Shown here one piece after another: positions 48,242 through 58,466 of a stretch of 64,000 nucleotides of DNA. Origin of the DNA: Alphaproteobacteria bacterium UBA6411 (GTDB lineage: Bacteria > Pseudomonadota > Alphaproteobacteria > CAAGCB01 > CAG-977); assembly GCA_002438565.1 (NCBI GenBank), contig DJPN01000021.1, positions 61,684-125,683 on the forward strand, in the 5' to 3' direction. Made by a program: the position numbers and the translations under genes. The notes beneath the pieces are model-generated. The model had not been told where the DNA came from, ran no database searches, and saw only the letters and a list, made by a program, of their open reading frames with translations. Positions within the stretch are counted from its first letter, which is position 1; each line of letters opens with the position of its first letter.

Positions 48242-49900
48242 ATGCCGCATGCCCGCTTTCAGCCCCGTTTTCAAATTTCCAGCCGTTTTTTAATTCTGTC
48301 GTCAACTTTGTATTTCGGGTTGGTTTTGAATTGCGCCTTGTGGCGTTATCTGTTTGAAAAGCTGAATTTTTCAAGCTTTTTGGAATGTTCTTTGGCAATT
48401 GTTGTGCCGGTTCTGGTTTGTATTCCGCTGTATCTGGCGTTCAATCTGCTGCTGATGCCCAAAACGGCAAAACCTTTGCTGATTGTCTTGCTACTGATTT
48501 CAAGCACGACAAATTATCTGATGACAAATCTGGGCGTTTACATCGACAGCGATATGATTCGCAACGCGTTTGAAACAAACACGCGCGAAGCTTTGGATTT
48601 GGCGACATGGTCGGGCTGTTTGTGGGTGTTTTTCACGGGTGTTCTGCCGGCGGTCGCTTTGGTGTTCACGCGCGTTGAATTCGATTCGTTCAAAACCGAA
48701 TGTAAAAGCCGCCTTTTCGGACTGCTGATTGCGCTGGCAATCGTCGGAAGCATCGGCGCAACGTCGTATAAAACGCTGTCCGCCGTCGGACGCAACAACA
48801 AAGCCGCGCGCAAAATCATCAACACGCAAAACTACATTTATTCGACGTTCCGCTATATCCAGCGCAAAATCAACAGCCGCCGTCCCTTTGTCCCGCTGGA
48901 TGAAAACGCTCAAATCACCCCTTACGAAGACCACACTAAAACCGTTTTGGTTTTCGTACTGGGCGAAACGGCGCGGTCGGCGAATTTTTCACTGCAAGGG
49001 TATGAACGGCAAACCAATCCGCTGTTGGCGAAACAAAACATCGCCTACTTTAAAAACGTAACGTCGTGCGGAACGGCAACGGCGATTTCCGTACCGTGCA
49101 TGTTTTCGTCCGTACCGCGCGCCGCTTTTGACGTCGACGACGCGCCGTATACGGAAAATCTGATTGATTTGCTGCGAAAAGCGGGCTACGACATCCTGTG
49201 GCGCGACAACGACGACGGCTGCAAAGGCGTGTGCCAGCGCGTTCGCAACGAAGAAATGAAATACTCCAACCACCCGAAATACTGCTTCGGCAGCTACTGC
49301 CATGACGAAGTTTTGCTGGACGGACTGGAGGACATCATCAAAAACATCAAACAGGATACGGTGATTTTTCTGCACACCATGGGCAGTCACGGCCCGACGT
49401 ATTTCAACCGTTATCCCGATAAATTCAAAAAGTTTTTGCCGACGTGCGACACGGCGGACATGCAGAAATGCACGAAAGAACAGATTGTCAACACATACGA
49501 CAACACGATTTTGTATACAGATTTTATCGTTTCGTCGGCAATCGATATTTTGAAAAAGTTTCCGCAGTACGAAGCGGGACTGATTTATGTTTCCGACCAT
49601 GGCGAATCTTTGGGTGAAAACAATATGTACCTGCACGGTTTCCCGTACGCCCTTGCCCCGAAAGAACAAATCGAAGTTCCGATGCTGGTTTGGATGAACG
49701 GCACCATGAAAAAATGGGATTATATTGACTTTTCATGTTTGAAAAAAGAAGCCGCATCCCAATCTTTTTCACACGACAACATCTTTCATTCGCTGGTCGG
49801 GCTGTTGGAAATCGACACAAAAGAATATGACAAAAACTTGGATATGTTCAATCCGTGCCGCAAAAAGAAACTGCCTTTTATGGAAAGGGATAAGAAATGA
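48242..49900 (+). CDS. eptA: Phosphoethanolamine transferase (EptA/LptA family, lipid A modification)
   Basis: Five N-terminal TM helices and a sulfatase-fold periplasmic domain (...TMGSHGPTYFNRYP..., ...YVSDHGESLGENN...). Confidence 0.8.
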   Translation: MPHARFQPRFQISSRFLILSSTLYFGLVLNCALWRYLFEKLNFSSFLECSLAIVVPVLVCIPLYLAFNLLLMPKTAKPLLIVLLLISSTTNYLMTNLGVYIDSDMIRNAFETNTREALDLATWSGCLWVFFTGVLPAVALVFTRVEFDSFKTECKSRLFGLLIALAIVGSIGATSYKTLSAVGRNNKAARKIINTQNYIYSTFRYIQRKINSRRPFVPLDENAQITPYEDHTKTVLVFVLGETARSANFSLQGYERQTNPLLAKQNIAYFKNVTSCGTATAISVPCMFSSVPRAAFDVDDAPYTENLIDLLRKAGYDILWRDNDDGCKGVCQRVRNEEMKYSNHPKYCFGSYCHDEVLLDGLEDIIKNIKQDTVIFLHTMGSHGPTYFNRYPDKFKKFLPTCDTADMQKCTKEQIVNTYDNTILYTDFIVSSAIDILKKFPQYEAGLIYVSDHGESLGENNMYLHGFPYALAPKEQIEVPMLVWMNGTMKKWDYIDFSCLKKEAASQSFSHDNIFHSLVGLLEIDTKEYDKNLDMFNPCRKKKLPFMERDKK

Positions 49901-50265
49901 AGTCGCCTTATCACGGCATCCGCCGCATTTTAAACGCTTTTGCATACTCCGCCGCGGGTTTTGCCGCCGCGTTCAAAAGCGAAGCCGCTTTCCGTCAAGA
50001 CTTGGCGGTGTTTGTCATCGGAACGGGCGTCGCGCTGTATTTGCCATTGTCGTTTATCGAACGGGTGTGTCTGATTTCGCCGCTGCTGCTGGTTTTGCTG
50101 ATGGAACTGGCCAACACCGCGATTGAAGCCGTCGTCGACCGTATTTCGGACGATTTTCATCTGCTCAGCAAAAAAGCCAAAGACATCGGCAGTTTGCTGG
50201 TGCTAATCGCTTTTATCAATGCAATTTTGTGGTGGACGGCCATATTATGTCCTCTGTTCATCTGA
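49897..50265 (+). CDS. dgkA: Diacylglycerol kinase
   Basis: 122-aa three-TM protein with conserved ...ELANTAIEAVVDRIS... motif; ATGA overlap with eptA. Confidence 0.8.
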   Translation: MKSPYHGIRRILNAFAYSAAGFAAAFKSEAAFRQDLAVFVIGTGVALYLPLSFIERVCLISPLLLVLLMELANTAIEAVVDRISDDFHLLSKKAKDIGSLLVLIAFINAILWWTAILCPLFI

Positions 50266-50711
50266 TTTGCGGCTTTATGGGAACGGGCAAGACAACGATT
50301 GCCCGCAGGCTGGCCATGCAAATGAACGCCGTTCGGCTGACGCATGACGAGTTTATGGCGGATTTGTACGGGAACGACATTCCCGAATCCGAATTTCAAG
50401 CCAAATGGAATAAAGTGGACAAGCTGATTTGGAATCTGGCGGAACAAATCGTTTGCGCCGGCGGAAACGTCATTTTGGATTACGGATTTTGGAGCCGTGA
50501 AAGCCGCCGAAAAGCGGCGGAACGCGCAAAAATCTTTTGCGACAATATTACGTTTCATCAAGTCGAATGTGACTTTGAAACCGCCAAACGGCGTTTGCGC
50601 GAACGCGACGCGGGACGATTGGACGAAGAAGCGTTCAACGCTTTGGCGAAAAAATACGAACCGATAGACACCGACGAACGTTTTGATGTGATTTATTATC
50701 GCAACGTTTAA
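50247..50711 (+). CDS. P-loop ATPase/kinase (AAA_33-like)
   Basis: Walker A GFMGTGKTT near the N-terminus; start moved to the internal ATG. Confidence 0.5.
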   Translation: MSSVHLICGFMGTGKTTIARRLAMQMNAVRLTHDEFMADLYGNDIPESEFQAKWNKVDKLIWNLAEQIVCAGGNVILDYGFWSRESRRKAAERAKIFCDNITFHQVECDFETAKRRLRERDAGRLDEEAFNALAKKYEPIDTDERFDVIYYRNV

Positions 50712-51613
50712 ACGCATATTTCAATTTGGTTCAGCCGTCCATCTTCGGACATATTTTTCAGATGCTGAATCAAGGCTTGGATTTTCGGCGTTTTTTCGGA
50801 AGCCGTATTGCATACGCCGTAAAACGGACGGGTCAGTCCGAAATCCAAATTCAGCCGCGTCAGCTCGGGATTGCGCGCCGCATCCCAATCATGCAGCAAG
50901 GCGATGCCGTCGCCCGAACGAATCAATGAAAAAACGACGGCTTCCGAATCGGATGTCGTGTTCAGATGTTTGGCTTTTTTCAAAATCAATCGGCAGGACG
51001 GATCGTCCAAATGGCGCTGCTGCACGCATATATCGAAATTCTGCACCAAATCCGCCATATCCCGCGGCACACCGTGTTTATCCAAATAGCTTTTCGATGC
51101 GTACAGGCTCATTTTGCTTTCGGTTTTAAAAACCATTTTGCCTTTCATCGGAAACGACAAATCACTGACAATCGCGAAATCGATATCGGGCGGATTGACT
51201 TTTGCGTTCGTCACAATATCCAGTCTGATTTTTAAATGGCGCGCATAAAACAACGACAGTTCTTTCAGCAGTCCGTTTCCCAAAAAACCGTCCGAAACAT
51301 AAACCGTTACATAACCCGCCAAATCTTCGGCGGCTTCAAACATTTTTGAAATCCGGTCCAGACTTTTGACAATGTTGTCGATATCCGTATACAGCAGGCG
51401 GGCGGTATTTGTCGGTTCGACGCCCTTTGGCGAACGCTGCAGCAGCGTCGTGTTCATCGAACTTTCCAAATCCGTAATGATTTTCGACAAATTGGACTGT
51501 TTGATGCCGTTTCTGCGCGCCGCGCCTTGAATCCGCCCGGCGTCAATCACTTCTTTAAGGGCAAGCAGATCCCTTAAAAAAGACAACCTGGATTTGAATG
51601 TCGCCATAAACAT
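50708..51613 (-). CDS. LysR-family transcriptional regulator
   Basis: N-terminal HTH (LRDLLALKEVIDAGRIQGAARRNGIKQSNLSKIITDLE) plus LysR substrate-binding domain; start trimmed to MFMATFKS. Confidence 0.75.
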   Translation of the reverse strand: MFMATFKSRLSFLRDLLALKEVIDAGRIQGAARRNGIKQSNLSKIITDLESSMNTTLLQRSPKGVEPTNTARLLYTDIDNIVKSLDRISKMFEAAEDLAGYVTVYVSDGFLGNGLLKELSLFYARHLKIRLDIVTNAKVNPPDIDFAIVSDLSFPMKGKMVFKTESKMSLYASKSYLDKHGVPRDMADLVQNFDICVQQRHLDDPSCRLILKKAKHLNTTSDSEAVVFSLIRSGDGIALLHDWDAARNPELTRLNLDFGLTRPFYGVCNTASEKTPKIQALIQHLKNMSEDGRLNQIEICV

Positions 51614-51871
51614 ATACCCCTTATATAAAAGCAGGGACTTTTCAAAGCCCGTGCCATCCCCTACAGTGTAGTTATGGTGTTTCATTTCGAGGCGGTTGTC
51701 AATCGGAAATAAACGCTTTTCCGGCAAAGCGGAGGGGAAAAAGATTGCTTTGCTGACGCCGCCTTGAACACCTGCTTTGCATTGACTTGACTTTTATTCC
51801 TTGAATATCGGTTGGACATCCGAATTATCGGCGCGTTTTCGCGCGTGCAAAAAACAGAAAAGGGGAAGGAA

Positions 51872-52069
51872 ATGACCTGTCATTTGACACCAAAACAGCT
51901 GGAAGTTTTACATTGCTTGTCGCAAGGCATGCAAAACAAGCAAATCGCTTCGGAAATGGGCGTCAGCTTGTCTACGGTTAAAATCCACTTGAACAGGATT
52001 TACATGCGGTTGAATGTTTCTAACCGGTTGCAAGCCCTGTTGTGGATGAACGACAACGATTTGGTCTGA
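51872..52069 (+). CDS. Solo LuxR-type C-terminal HTH protein (65 aa)
   Basis: LTPKQLEVLHCLSQGMQNKQIASEMGVSLSTVKIHLNRIYMRL is a canonical LuxR/GerE HTH; aaggggaagga RBS. Confidence 0.55.
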   Translation: MTCHLTPKQLEVLHCLSQGMQNKQIASEMGVSLSTVKIHLNRIYMRLNVSNRLQALLWMNDNDLV

Positions 52070-52082
52070 CACGAGTAAAAAA

Positions 52083-52110
52083 ACACCCCGTCAAAGGGGT
52101 GTTTTTTTTA
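52083..52110. terminator. Bidirectional rho-independent terminator (aacacccc-gtcaaa-ggggtgtt plus T-run)
   Basis: Perfect hairpin between convergent genes. Confidence 0.65.
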
Positions 52111-52123
52111 TTTGCCGTCTTTT

Positions 52124-52318
52124 TTATTCGGCGGCGTGATCCAAACAGGCGCATTTTTCAACAGCCAGAGATTCCTTGAAATAGCGGCGTTCGGCAAATT
52201 CGCTTTTTTTACCGATGTTGAATTCGGACATCGGACGGAAATACCCCATAACGCGCGTCCAGATTTCGCAGGGCTGGCGTTCTTCGTCTTTGAGGGTGAT
52301 TTCTGCGTTTTCAGTCAT
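52124..52318 (-). CDS. Stand-alone NrdD-C-terminal-like glycyl-radical domain protein (~64 aa)
   Basis: CEIWTRVMGYFRPMSEFNIGKKSEFAERRYF matches the class III RNR C-terminal glycyl radical loop (RVxGY ... N.GK..E...R); no nrdD body upstream. Confidence 0.45.
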   Translation of the reverse strand: MTENAEITLKDEERQPCEIWTRVMGYFRPMSEFNIGKKSEFAERRYFKESLAVEKCACLDHAAE

Positions 52319-52458
52319 TTGCAAGGTCTTTCAGTTAAGTGTTCAAAATCAATCTTTGGGGACGTCTTGTCGTCTGTAACCACTATATATGGGGTTTTAC
52401 GGAAATGACAAGAGGTATTTTCGACTATTTTGCAACACGTTGAAATCACTGTCCTTTT

Positions 52459-55400
52459 TTAAAACATAAAGCGCAGCGTCGCCGTCAGAGTGTGCGACAG
52501 CCAATCGGGGCGTGCTTCCAACCCGTAGCGTGCTGAAATATCCCAGTTGTCCCCCAGAATATACGCCAGCGAAGCGCCCAATTCGGCACCGTAAGGATCC
52601 ATATCCTTGCCGGTTACCGTATAACTGGCTCCGTTGGGCAGGTTAACCGTCGCCGAATCTTCGGAACGTGAAAAATCATACGTCAGCCCCGCCGACAATT
52701 CGCTCAGCCAGACGCCGTTTTCCGATTGCGACAGCATATATTCCTTACGGATTTCCGCCACCGCCGAAAACACGGAATTTGAAAACGACTGAATATTCTG
52801 TCCGACGGAGTCTTCGTGCGCGGCGCGTGAAACGGACGCGTAGCGCACGCCGATTTCCGGACGCCACGCCGCCGCATCGTATCCCCACATCAGCTGACCG
52901 CCGGTTGTTTTGACATCGTAGTTGTCCGCAACCGTTATCCCCGACACGTCTTTTGTTTCATCAAAACTGCTTTTTGTATAATCCAGAACCGCCGACAAAT
53001 ACCAGTCCGCGGGTTTGTACATGCCGTACAAAAAGAACGTATCGCCCGAAACATCCGTTGTTCTTTGCAGTGTTTTCAAATCGGACGAAGTGCGCGCATA
53101 GCCGACCCCGACGGCGAACACGTCGGCGAATGTGGCGTCCAGCCCCATAGCCACGCCCGTCGAATCGCCGCTGAAGCCGTCTTCGTCGGAATCGGATTTG
53201 TATTCGTTCGTATTGTACAACGCCTGCGCCCACATTCCGATTGCGGGACGAACGCCATAGAACGCACCGTAGTTCGCCTGTCTTTGCGAACGATACTTGG
53301 CGACTTTGGGCGCGGGTTCGGCGTCTTCGTATCCGAACGAACGGTATTCGCGCTTCTGCTGCGACGGCTGATACGTCGGATAAGCCCGCCCCGTCGACGG
53401 CATATCATCGTACGAACGGTATTCGCGCGTCGACCGCGACGGCTGATATGTCGGATAAGCCCGCCCCGTCGACGGCATATCACCGTATCCCGCTTGTTTA
53501 TAGTAGTCTTTTGTCCGCATCACACGGCTTTTGTAAGGCGAACCGCCGGAACGCCCGTACATTTCGCGCATTTTGCGGTATTTGTCGGAACGGTTGCCCA
53601 TTTTTTTCTGCAAACCTCGCATCCGCTTGAACGCCATGCCCGCGACCTGCGTTTGCGTCTGCAAAGACCGAGCCGTCATCGACCCCGACACGTCTGGCGC
53701 AATCGCCGTCAAAGCGTTCAAATAAGCGCGGCTTCCCTTTTGCGACAAAGCATCCAAATGTTTTGCCACGGCAAACAGTTTGTCGTTTTCGTTGAACAGC
53801 CCGCCGTCCAAAATCGCCGCCGCCGTATTTTGATTGTTTTGCGAACCCTTTTCGATAATGACGACTTCCTGCGCGTTGGACGCTTGAATTAAATTATAGC
53901 ACAGCCCTTTGCCCGAAGCGCAGTCGACTTTTTCCAGTTTGTAGCGGCTGTTCGCAAACGAAAATTCGCCGGAATCGACCGTTCCCGAAATCAGCTCGAA
54001 CGTTGTGCCATTTTCCGCCGTGTGCAACCCGTAATCGACCGTCATGTCCAGCCGCGCGTTTTTGCTGATTTTAACGGTATCGGCATCGATATGCCCGAAG
54101 CCGCCGCCCCGCAATTCGCCCGCGTCGTTTGTCGCCCCCGCCGAAAAGCGCAGCTTCAACACGGAATTGTCCGCAAATTCCAACCCGCCCGTCACGGTCA
54201 GATTTCTAACGCCGATATCCAGCGTGCCGCCGATGAGCGCCCCGTTGGAAACCGTTGCGTTGTGATTGAACGTCGCTTTGCCCGCGCCCGTCATCGACAG
54301 TCTGCCGATTGTCGTATTCGCGCCGTCAAAAACCACATCGCCCGCGCCGACGGTCAAAGAATCTGAAATGTCCGCATTGCTTCCGAAATACGCCGTTCCG
54401 TTCCCGACAAAAACGTTTTTGACGGCAACGTCTTTGGTGAACGTCAAAACCCCCGAATTCGTCGCGATTGTTCCGAAGCCGGACAGCGTTTTTTGGAAAG
54501 CGCCGCCGTTTTCCAGCATCAGCGTGCCATTTCCCGCCAAGTTGCCCGTTACATTCAATTTATCGGAAACCGTCAAAGTTTTTCCCGTTTCGACGTTCAG
54601 CGTACCGTTTCCGGATTCAAAGACCAACGCGCCCGCTGCGGAATTGCCGGCTATGTCGACCGTTCCCGAACCGACATATACAGCCCCGATGCGGTTTCCG
54701 CCCGTCGACAGCTTGCCGCCTTTGATTTTCAGCACCCCGCCGCCCGACAGAGTCCCGAGTGTTCCGCTTTTTTGAACCAAATCGGAAATCGACAGTTCCG
54801 CGCCGTTTTCGATGATTGCCGAACCGCCTTCAAACGTCAGTTTATCCACATTTGCGTTTTTGTTAAAGCTTGCACTGCCGCCGCTGATGTAAATTTCGCC
54901 CAAGGACGCAATCGGCGCATTGAACACACTGCCCGAACCGTTCAGCCGCAAAGTCCCCGCGCCCGTTACGGTATTGGACGCCGCGGTTGAAATGGTCGAC
55001 AAGCTTAACGTTTTACCCTGCCCGACGGACAGCGTGCCATTGTTTCCGGAAAAAGCGACGGATGCCATTGTCGTATCGCCCGTAAAACTTGCCGTTCCCG
55101 AACCGACAATCAAATGCCCGCTTGCAAACGAAGCCGCCGTGGCAAACGAACCGTTCGCGCCGCCCGACAGCTTAATCGTTCCCGAACCGTTTACCATGTT
55201 TGCGCCCGCGTTGATATTTTGAGTGATATTCAGCGTTTTGTTGACGGTCAGCGTCGAACCGCTGTTCGCGCCGAAAGAAACCGTCCCGACCGTCATGTCT
55301 GCGTTTTGAATCAAACCCGCCCCGTTTGCGATTGAAACAGTGCCCGCCTGCGCCGCGGCATTGACGGTCAAGGTTGCGCCGCCCGCCGCCGTGATTGTGC

Positions 55401-58400
55401 CGACTTGCGCCGTATTGGCCAATGTCGCCGATTGATTGACGGTCAAAGTTCCCAAACCGGAAAGCTTTGAATTGACGGTCATGCCGTTTTGGTTCAAAGA
55501 CAGAACGCCCGCGCCCGTAAACAGGCTGCTGCCGTCCGCGCCGACGGCATCCTGCGCCAAAGTCAAAGTTGCCCCGCCGTTGATTGAAACAGCGGAATTT
55601 GCCGCCAAATCCAGTTTCTTTAGCGCATTATTGCCCGCGAATGTCGCTTTTGCGCCATTCGACAAAGACAGCGCGTTCGTTTGCACCGCATTTGCGGCAA
55701 ACGTTCCCGTCCCCGCCAAAATCAAGGTATCCCCCGTAAACGCCGCGCCGTTTGCCGTCGAAAGCGTTCCCGAAACGGTCAGCGTTTTCGCGATGTTGAT
55801 TTTAGCGTTTTCCAAAGCGCTCAAATCCTTGACAGCGGAAGTGTCCGTCAGCGAAACGTTTCCGCCCGTCGTCAGCCGCAAAGCGCCGTTCGCCGCGAAA
55901 GTTCCGCCGTCCGTCAGCGACAAAACGCCGCCGCCCGACACCGTTCCGCCGTTGACGGTCAATCCGTCTGCCACATTCAGCGTGCCGTTGACCGTCAAGT
56001 TTCCGCCCGTCAAGGTCAGTCCGTTCGACACGCTCAGAGTGCCGTTGTTGACGGCCATGTCCGCCGTTCCGGAAATCGTGCCAACGGTCGACGTTTGCCC
56101 GTAATTGAAATCGACTTTTCCCGAAAATTCCAGTTCACCCAAATCCTTGACCTGCCCGCCGAACGTTGACGCTCCGGTCAAGCTCAGCTTCCCTTTGCCG
56201 GTAACAACGTTTTTCCCCGCCGTCGTGATTTCTTTCAACTCCAACGTTTTACCCTTGGCAATGCTCAAAGTGCCGCCTTCCACCGTTCCGAACTTGACCG
56301 CGCCAATGCCGATTGTTCCCGAAATCGTCGCCGTTCCCGTGCCGATTTCCAGCGTTCCCAATCGGTTGATAAGGTTGTTGCCGCCGAAGTTGACGCTGGT
56401 ATTGTCGACCAGCCGTAGAGTACCCTCGCCGCCGATGCTACCCGTCCCGGAAATAATGTCCGTCACATCGTCCTTGCCGCTGGCATCCAAAGCCAGCGTC
56501 CCGCCCAAAGCGATGTCGATGTTGCCGTCCGTTCCCGTTCCGAATGTCAAGCTTTTAACCGTTAAAACACCGGCGTTCAGCGTCAAGTTTGTTTTGTTGC
56601 TTCCCGTAAAAACCAGCTTGTCCAGCGTGGCGTCGCCCGTCTGGCCTGCGTAATTCAGCATAACTTCCTTGGCCGAACCGTCGATTTGCAAAGTGCCGAA
56701 ATTGTCGAATTTGCCGTTAAACGTTGACAAAGTCCCCGTTACTTTCAGCGTTCCCTTGCCTTTAAAAGTGGAAGCCGTGGCGGTATTGCCCAAAACTTCC
56801 CCGCTGTTCAGAATCAGCGTTCCCTTTTCGGCGATATTGAATTCCGATCCCAGCGCCGCAGAAATTTGACCAACACTCACGGAAACGCCGTCGGCAATAT
56901 TGACAACCGTTTTTTGGGATTCGTTCGCTTGCCCTATTTGGGCGAAACTGAACGCCGAATCCCCTTTGTTAAAATTCAATGTCGCTTGCGAAGCCGACAA
57001 TTCATCCAAGGTCACGCCCAGTTCTTGATTGAAATTGACAATTGTTCCTTTTTCGACGATCAAGCTGAGACGGTCGTTTTCAAATTTTTTGGAAACGCCC
57101 TGTTTGTCATTGAAATTCAGCGTCCCGCCCGTAAACTGCAAAGTGCCGTAAACGTTTTCGGCAAAAGTGAATGACGCGTCGTTTGTAATTGTCGAATCCG
57201 CCGACAAAGTCAGCTTTGAACCGTTTTTGGCAAAATTTATCGTCCCGCTGTCAAAATTCAAGGACGACACAATCAGCTCTTGCGTGATATTGGCAACGGC
57301 TTGATTTTCCAACACCAGAGTACCCACGGTCACTTGAGCCTTGATGTCCAATGTTCCCTTGTCTATCGTAATGTTGTCAACGGACGACTGTGCTTCAAAG
57401 GTCAAAGTCCCTTCGTGCGCGATAATCGTTCCGAAGTCGCTTAATTTTTTGAACGTGGCGTCTGCGCCATTTTGCAGGTTCAGCGTTCCTTTGCCGCTCA
57501 AAGACGAGTTTGACTCCATTATAAAATCGGACGTAACAGTCAGCGTATTGTCCTTCTCAATCGTCAGCGCCCCGCTGTCAAAATCGAACTTTTTAACGGA
57601 TACGTCGGCTTTTAAATCCATTGATCCGCCGGCCAAACGCAAATTCCCCGTATCCCATGAAATTTTGGATGAAATCGTCGTCGCACCGTCAAATGAAAGC
57701 GTTCCCGTCCCGTCCAAAAAAATGGTTTTTCCGCCCGTGCTTTCAAAGGTAATGTTTTGTCCCTGCAAATTCAGCGTGCCGTTAATATAATACCGTCCGC
57801 CGGAAACGGACAAATCCTGCAGATATTCCCCTGTTGTCGACCTTGCGCCCGACCCGATTGTTACCAAAACCCTGTCGTTGACAACAAATTCGCCGCCCGT
57901 CAAAGAAAAGGAACCCGTCGCGCTTCTTTTCATCAACAGTTCGCTTGTATCCGTAAAATCAAAAGTCCCACCGCTGATTCGGAAATTTCCGGCGGAAATG
58001 ACATCGGCGTCTTGTTCTTCTTGGGCGTCTTTCGGCAAGAATTTAACCGTATCGACATCCAGCCCTTTATACATTTTGATTGCGCCGCGAAATTTACCGC
58101 CCTCAATTTCAAAATCGCTGGTAATGCTCTCGTTCCCCGTAAGAGAAGTGTTGGCATATCCCCCTACCGAAACAGTCGGGGACGACCCTTCGCCGCCCGT
58201 GCGGTAACCGGCATAATCCCAAATCACACCGCCGTCGAAAGTCAAATCCGCATTATCATAAATTTGAATACCGCCGGATTCCGCCCCGTTAAACTTATCT
58301 ATTGTTTCCGCCGCATTAAACTCTCTTGCGCTCGCTTCATACGGAAGCGCTACGGTCAAAGCGGTTGTCAGCAGCAAAAATTTTTTCAAGGCGCGCATCA

Positions 58401-58404
58401 TCAT
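52459..58404 (-). CDS. Giant autotransporter adhesin (type Va), 1981 aa, with a highly repetitive Gly/Thr-rich beta-helical passenger and a C-terminal beta-barrel
   Basis: Signal peptide MMMRALKKFLLLTTALTVALPYEASA; hundreds of GTL/GxxT repeats; C-terminal ...ATLRFMF terminal Phe typical of OMP barrels. Confidence 0.8.
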   Translation of the reverse strand: MMMRALKKFLLLTTALTVALPYEASAREFNAAETIDKFNGAESGGIQIYDNADLTFDGGVIWDYAGYRTGGEGSSPTVSVGGYANTSLTGNESITSDFEIEGGKFRGAIKMYKGLDVDTVKFLPKDAQEEQDADVISAGNFRISGGTFDFTDTSELLMKRSATGSFSLTGGEFVVNDRVLVTIGSGARSTTGEYLQDLSVSGGRYYINGTLNLQGQNITFESTGGKTIFLDGTGTLSFDGATTISSKISWDTGNLRLAGGSMDLKADVSVKKFDFDSGALTIEKDNTLTVTSDFIMESNSSLSGKGTLNLQNGADATFKKLSDFGTIIAHEGTLTFEAQSSVDNITIDKGTLDIKAQVTVGTLVLENQAVANITQELIVSSLNFDSGTINFAKNGSKLTLSADSTITNDASFTFAENVYGTLQFTGGTLNFNDKQGVSKKFENDRLSLIVEKGTIVNFNQELGVTLDELSASQATLNFNKGDSAFSFAQIGQANESQKTVVNIADGVSVSVGQISAALGSEFNIAEKGTLILNSGEVLGNTATASTFKGKGTLKVTGTLSTFNGKFDNFGTLQIDGSAKEVMLNYAGQTGDATLDKLVFTGSNKTNLTLNAGVLTVKSLTFGTGTDGNIDIALGGTLALDASGKDDVTDIISGTGSIGGEGTLRLVDNTSVNFGGNNLINRLGTLEIGTGTATISGTIGIGAVKFGTVEGGTLSIAKGKTLELKEITTAGKNVVTGKGKLSLTGASTFGGQVKDLGELEFSGKVDFNYGQTSTVGTISGTADMAVNNGTLSVSNGLTLTGGNLTVNGTLNVADGLTVNGGTVSGGGVLSLTDGGTFAANGALRLTTGGNVSLTDTSAVKDLSALENAKINIAKTLTVSGTLSTANGAAFTGDTLILAGTGTFAANAVQTNALSLSNGAKATFAGNNALKKLDLAANSAVSINGGATLTLAQDAVGADGSSLFTGAGVLSLNQNGMTVNSKLSGLGTLTVNQSATLANTAQVGTITAAGGATLTVNAAAQAGTVSIANGAGLIQNADMTVGTVSFGANSGSTLTVNKTLNITQNINAGANMVNGSGTIKLSGGANGSFATAASFASGHLIVGSGTASFTGDTTMASVAFSGNNGTLSVGQGKTLSLSTISTAASNTVTGAGTLRLNGSGSVFNAPIASLGEIYISGGSASFNKNANVDKLTFEGGSAIIENGAELSISDLVQKSGTLGTLSGGGVLKIKGGKLSTGGNRIGAVYVGSGTVDIAGNSAAGALVFESGNGTLNVETGKTLTVSDKLNVTGNLAGNGTLMLENGGAFQKTLSGFGTIATNSGVLTFTKDVAVKNVFVGNGTAYFGSNADISDSLTVGAGDVVFDGANTTIGRLSMTGAGKATFNHNATVSNGALIGGTLDIGVRNLTVTGGLEFADNSVLKLRFSAGATNDAGELRGGGFGHIDADTVKISKNARLDMTVDYGLHTAENGTTFELISGTVDSGEFSFANSRYKLEKVDCASGKGLCYNLIQASNAQEVVIIEKGSQNNQNTAAAILDGGLFNENDKLFAVAKHLDALSQKGSRAYLNALTAIAPDVSGSMTARSLQTQTQVAGMAFKRMRGLQKKMGNRSDKYRKMREMYGRSGGSPYKSRVMRTKDYYKQAGYGDMPSTGRAYPTYQPSRSTREYRSYDDMPSTGRAYPTYQPSQQKREYRSFGYEDAEPAPKVAKYRSQRQANYGAFYGVRPAIGMWAQALYNTNEYKSDSDEDGFSGDSTGVAMGLDATFADVFAVGVGYARTSSDLKTLQRTTDVSGDTFFLYGMYKPADWYLSAVLDYTKSSFDETKDVSGITVADNYDVKTTGGQLMWGYDAAAWRPEIGVRYASVSRAAHEDSVGQNIQSFSNSVFSAVAEIRKEYMLSQSENGVWLSELSAGLTYDFSRSEDSATVNLPNGASYTVTGKDMDPYGAELGASLAYILGDNWDISARYGLEARPDWLSHTLTATLRFMF
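53346..53495. repeat. 75-bp x 2 perfect-ish tandem repeat inside the autotransporter gene (encodes YDDMPSTGRAYPTYQPS...REYRS twice)
   Basis: Direct DNA repeat cgaacggtattcgcgc...gtcgacggcatatca read twice in tandem. Confidence 0.7.
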
Positions 58405-58466
58405 TCTCCGTCGGTAGACGCATTTTTGCCCTATCTTAAACAGGAATGATTAAAAGAATGGAAAAA

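Noticed and set aside
52668-58449. Many 60-275-aa ORFs, often Pro/Val/Ser-rich, on the plus strand opposite the giant autotransporter
   Set aside because: Antisense reading of a long Gly/Thr/Ala-rich repetitive gene yields stop-free frames by composition alone; none has a start context.
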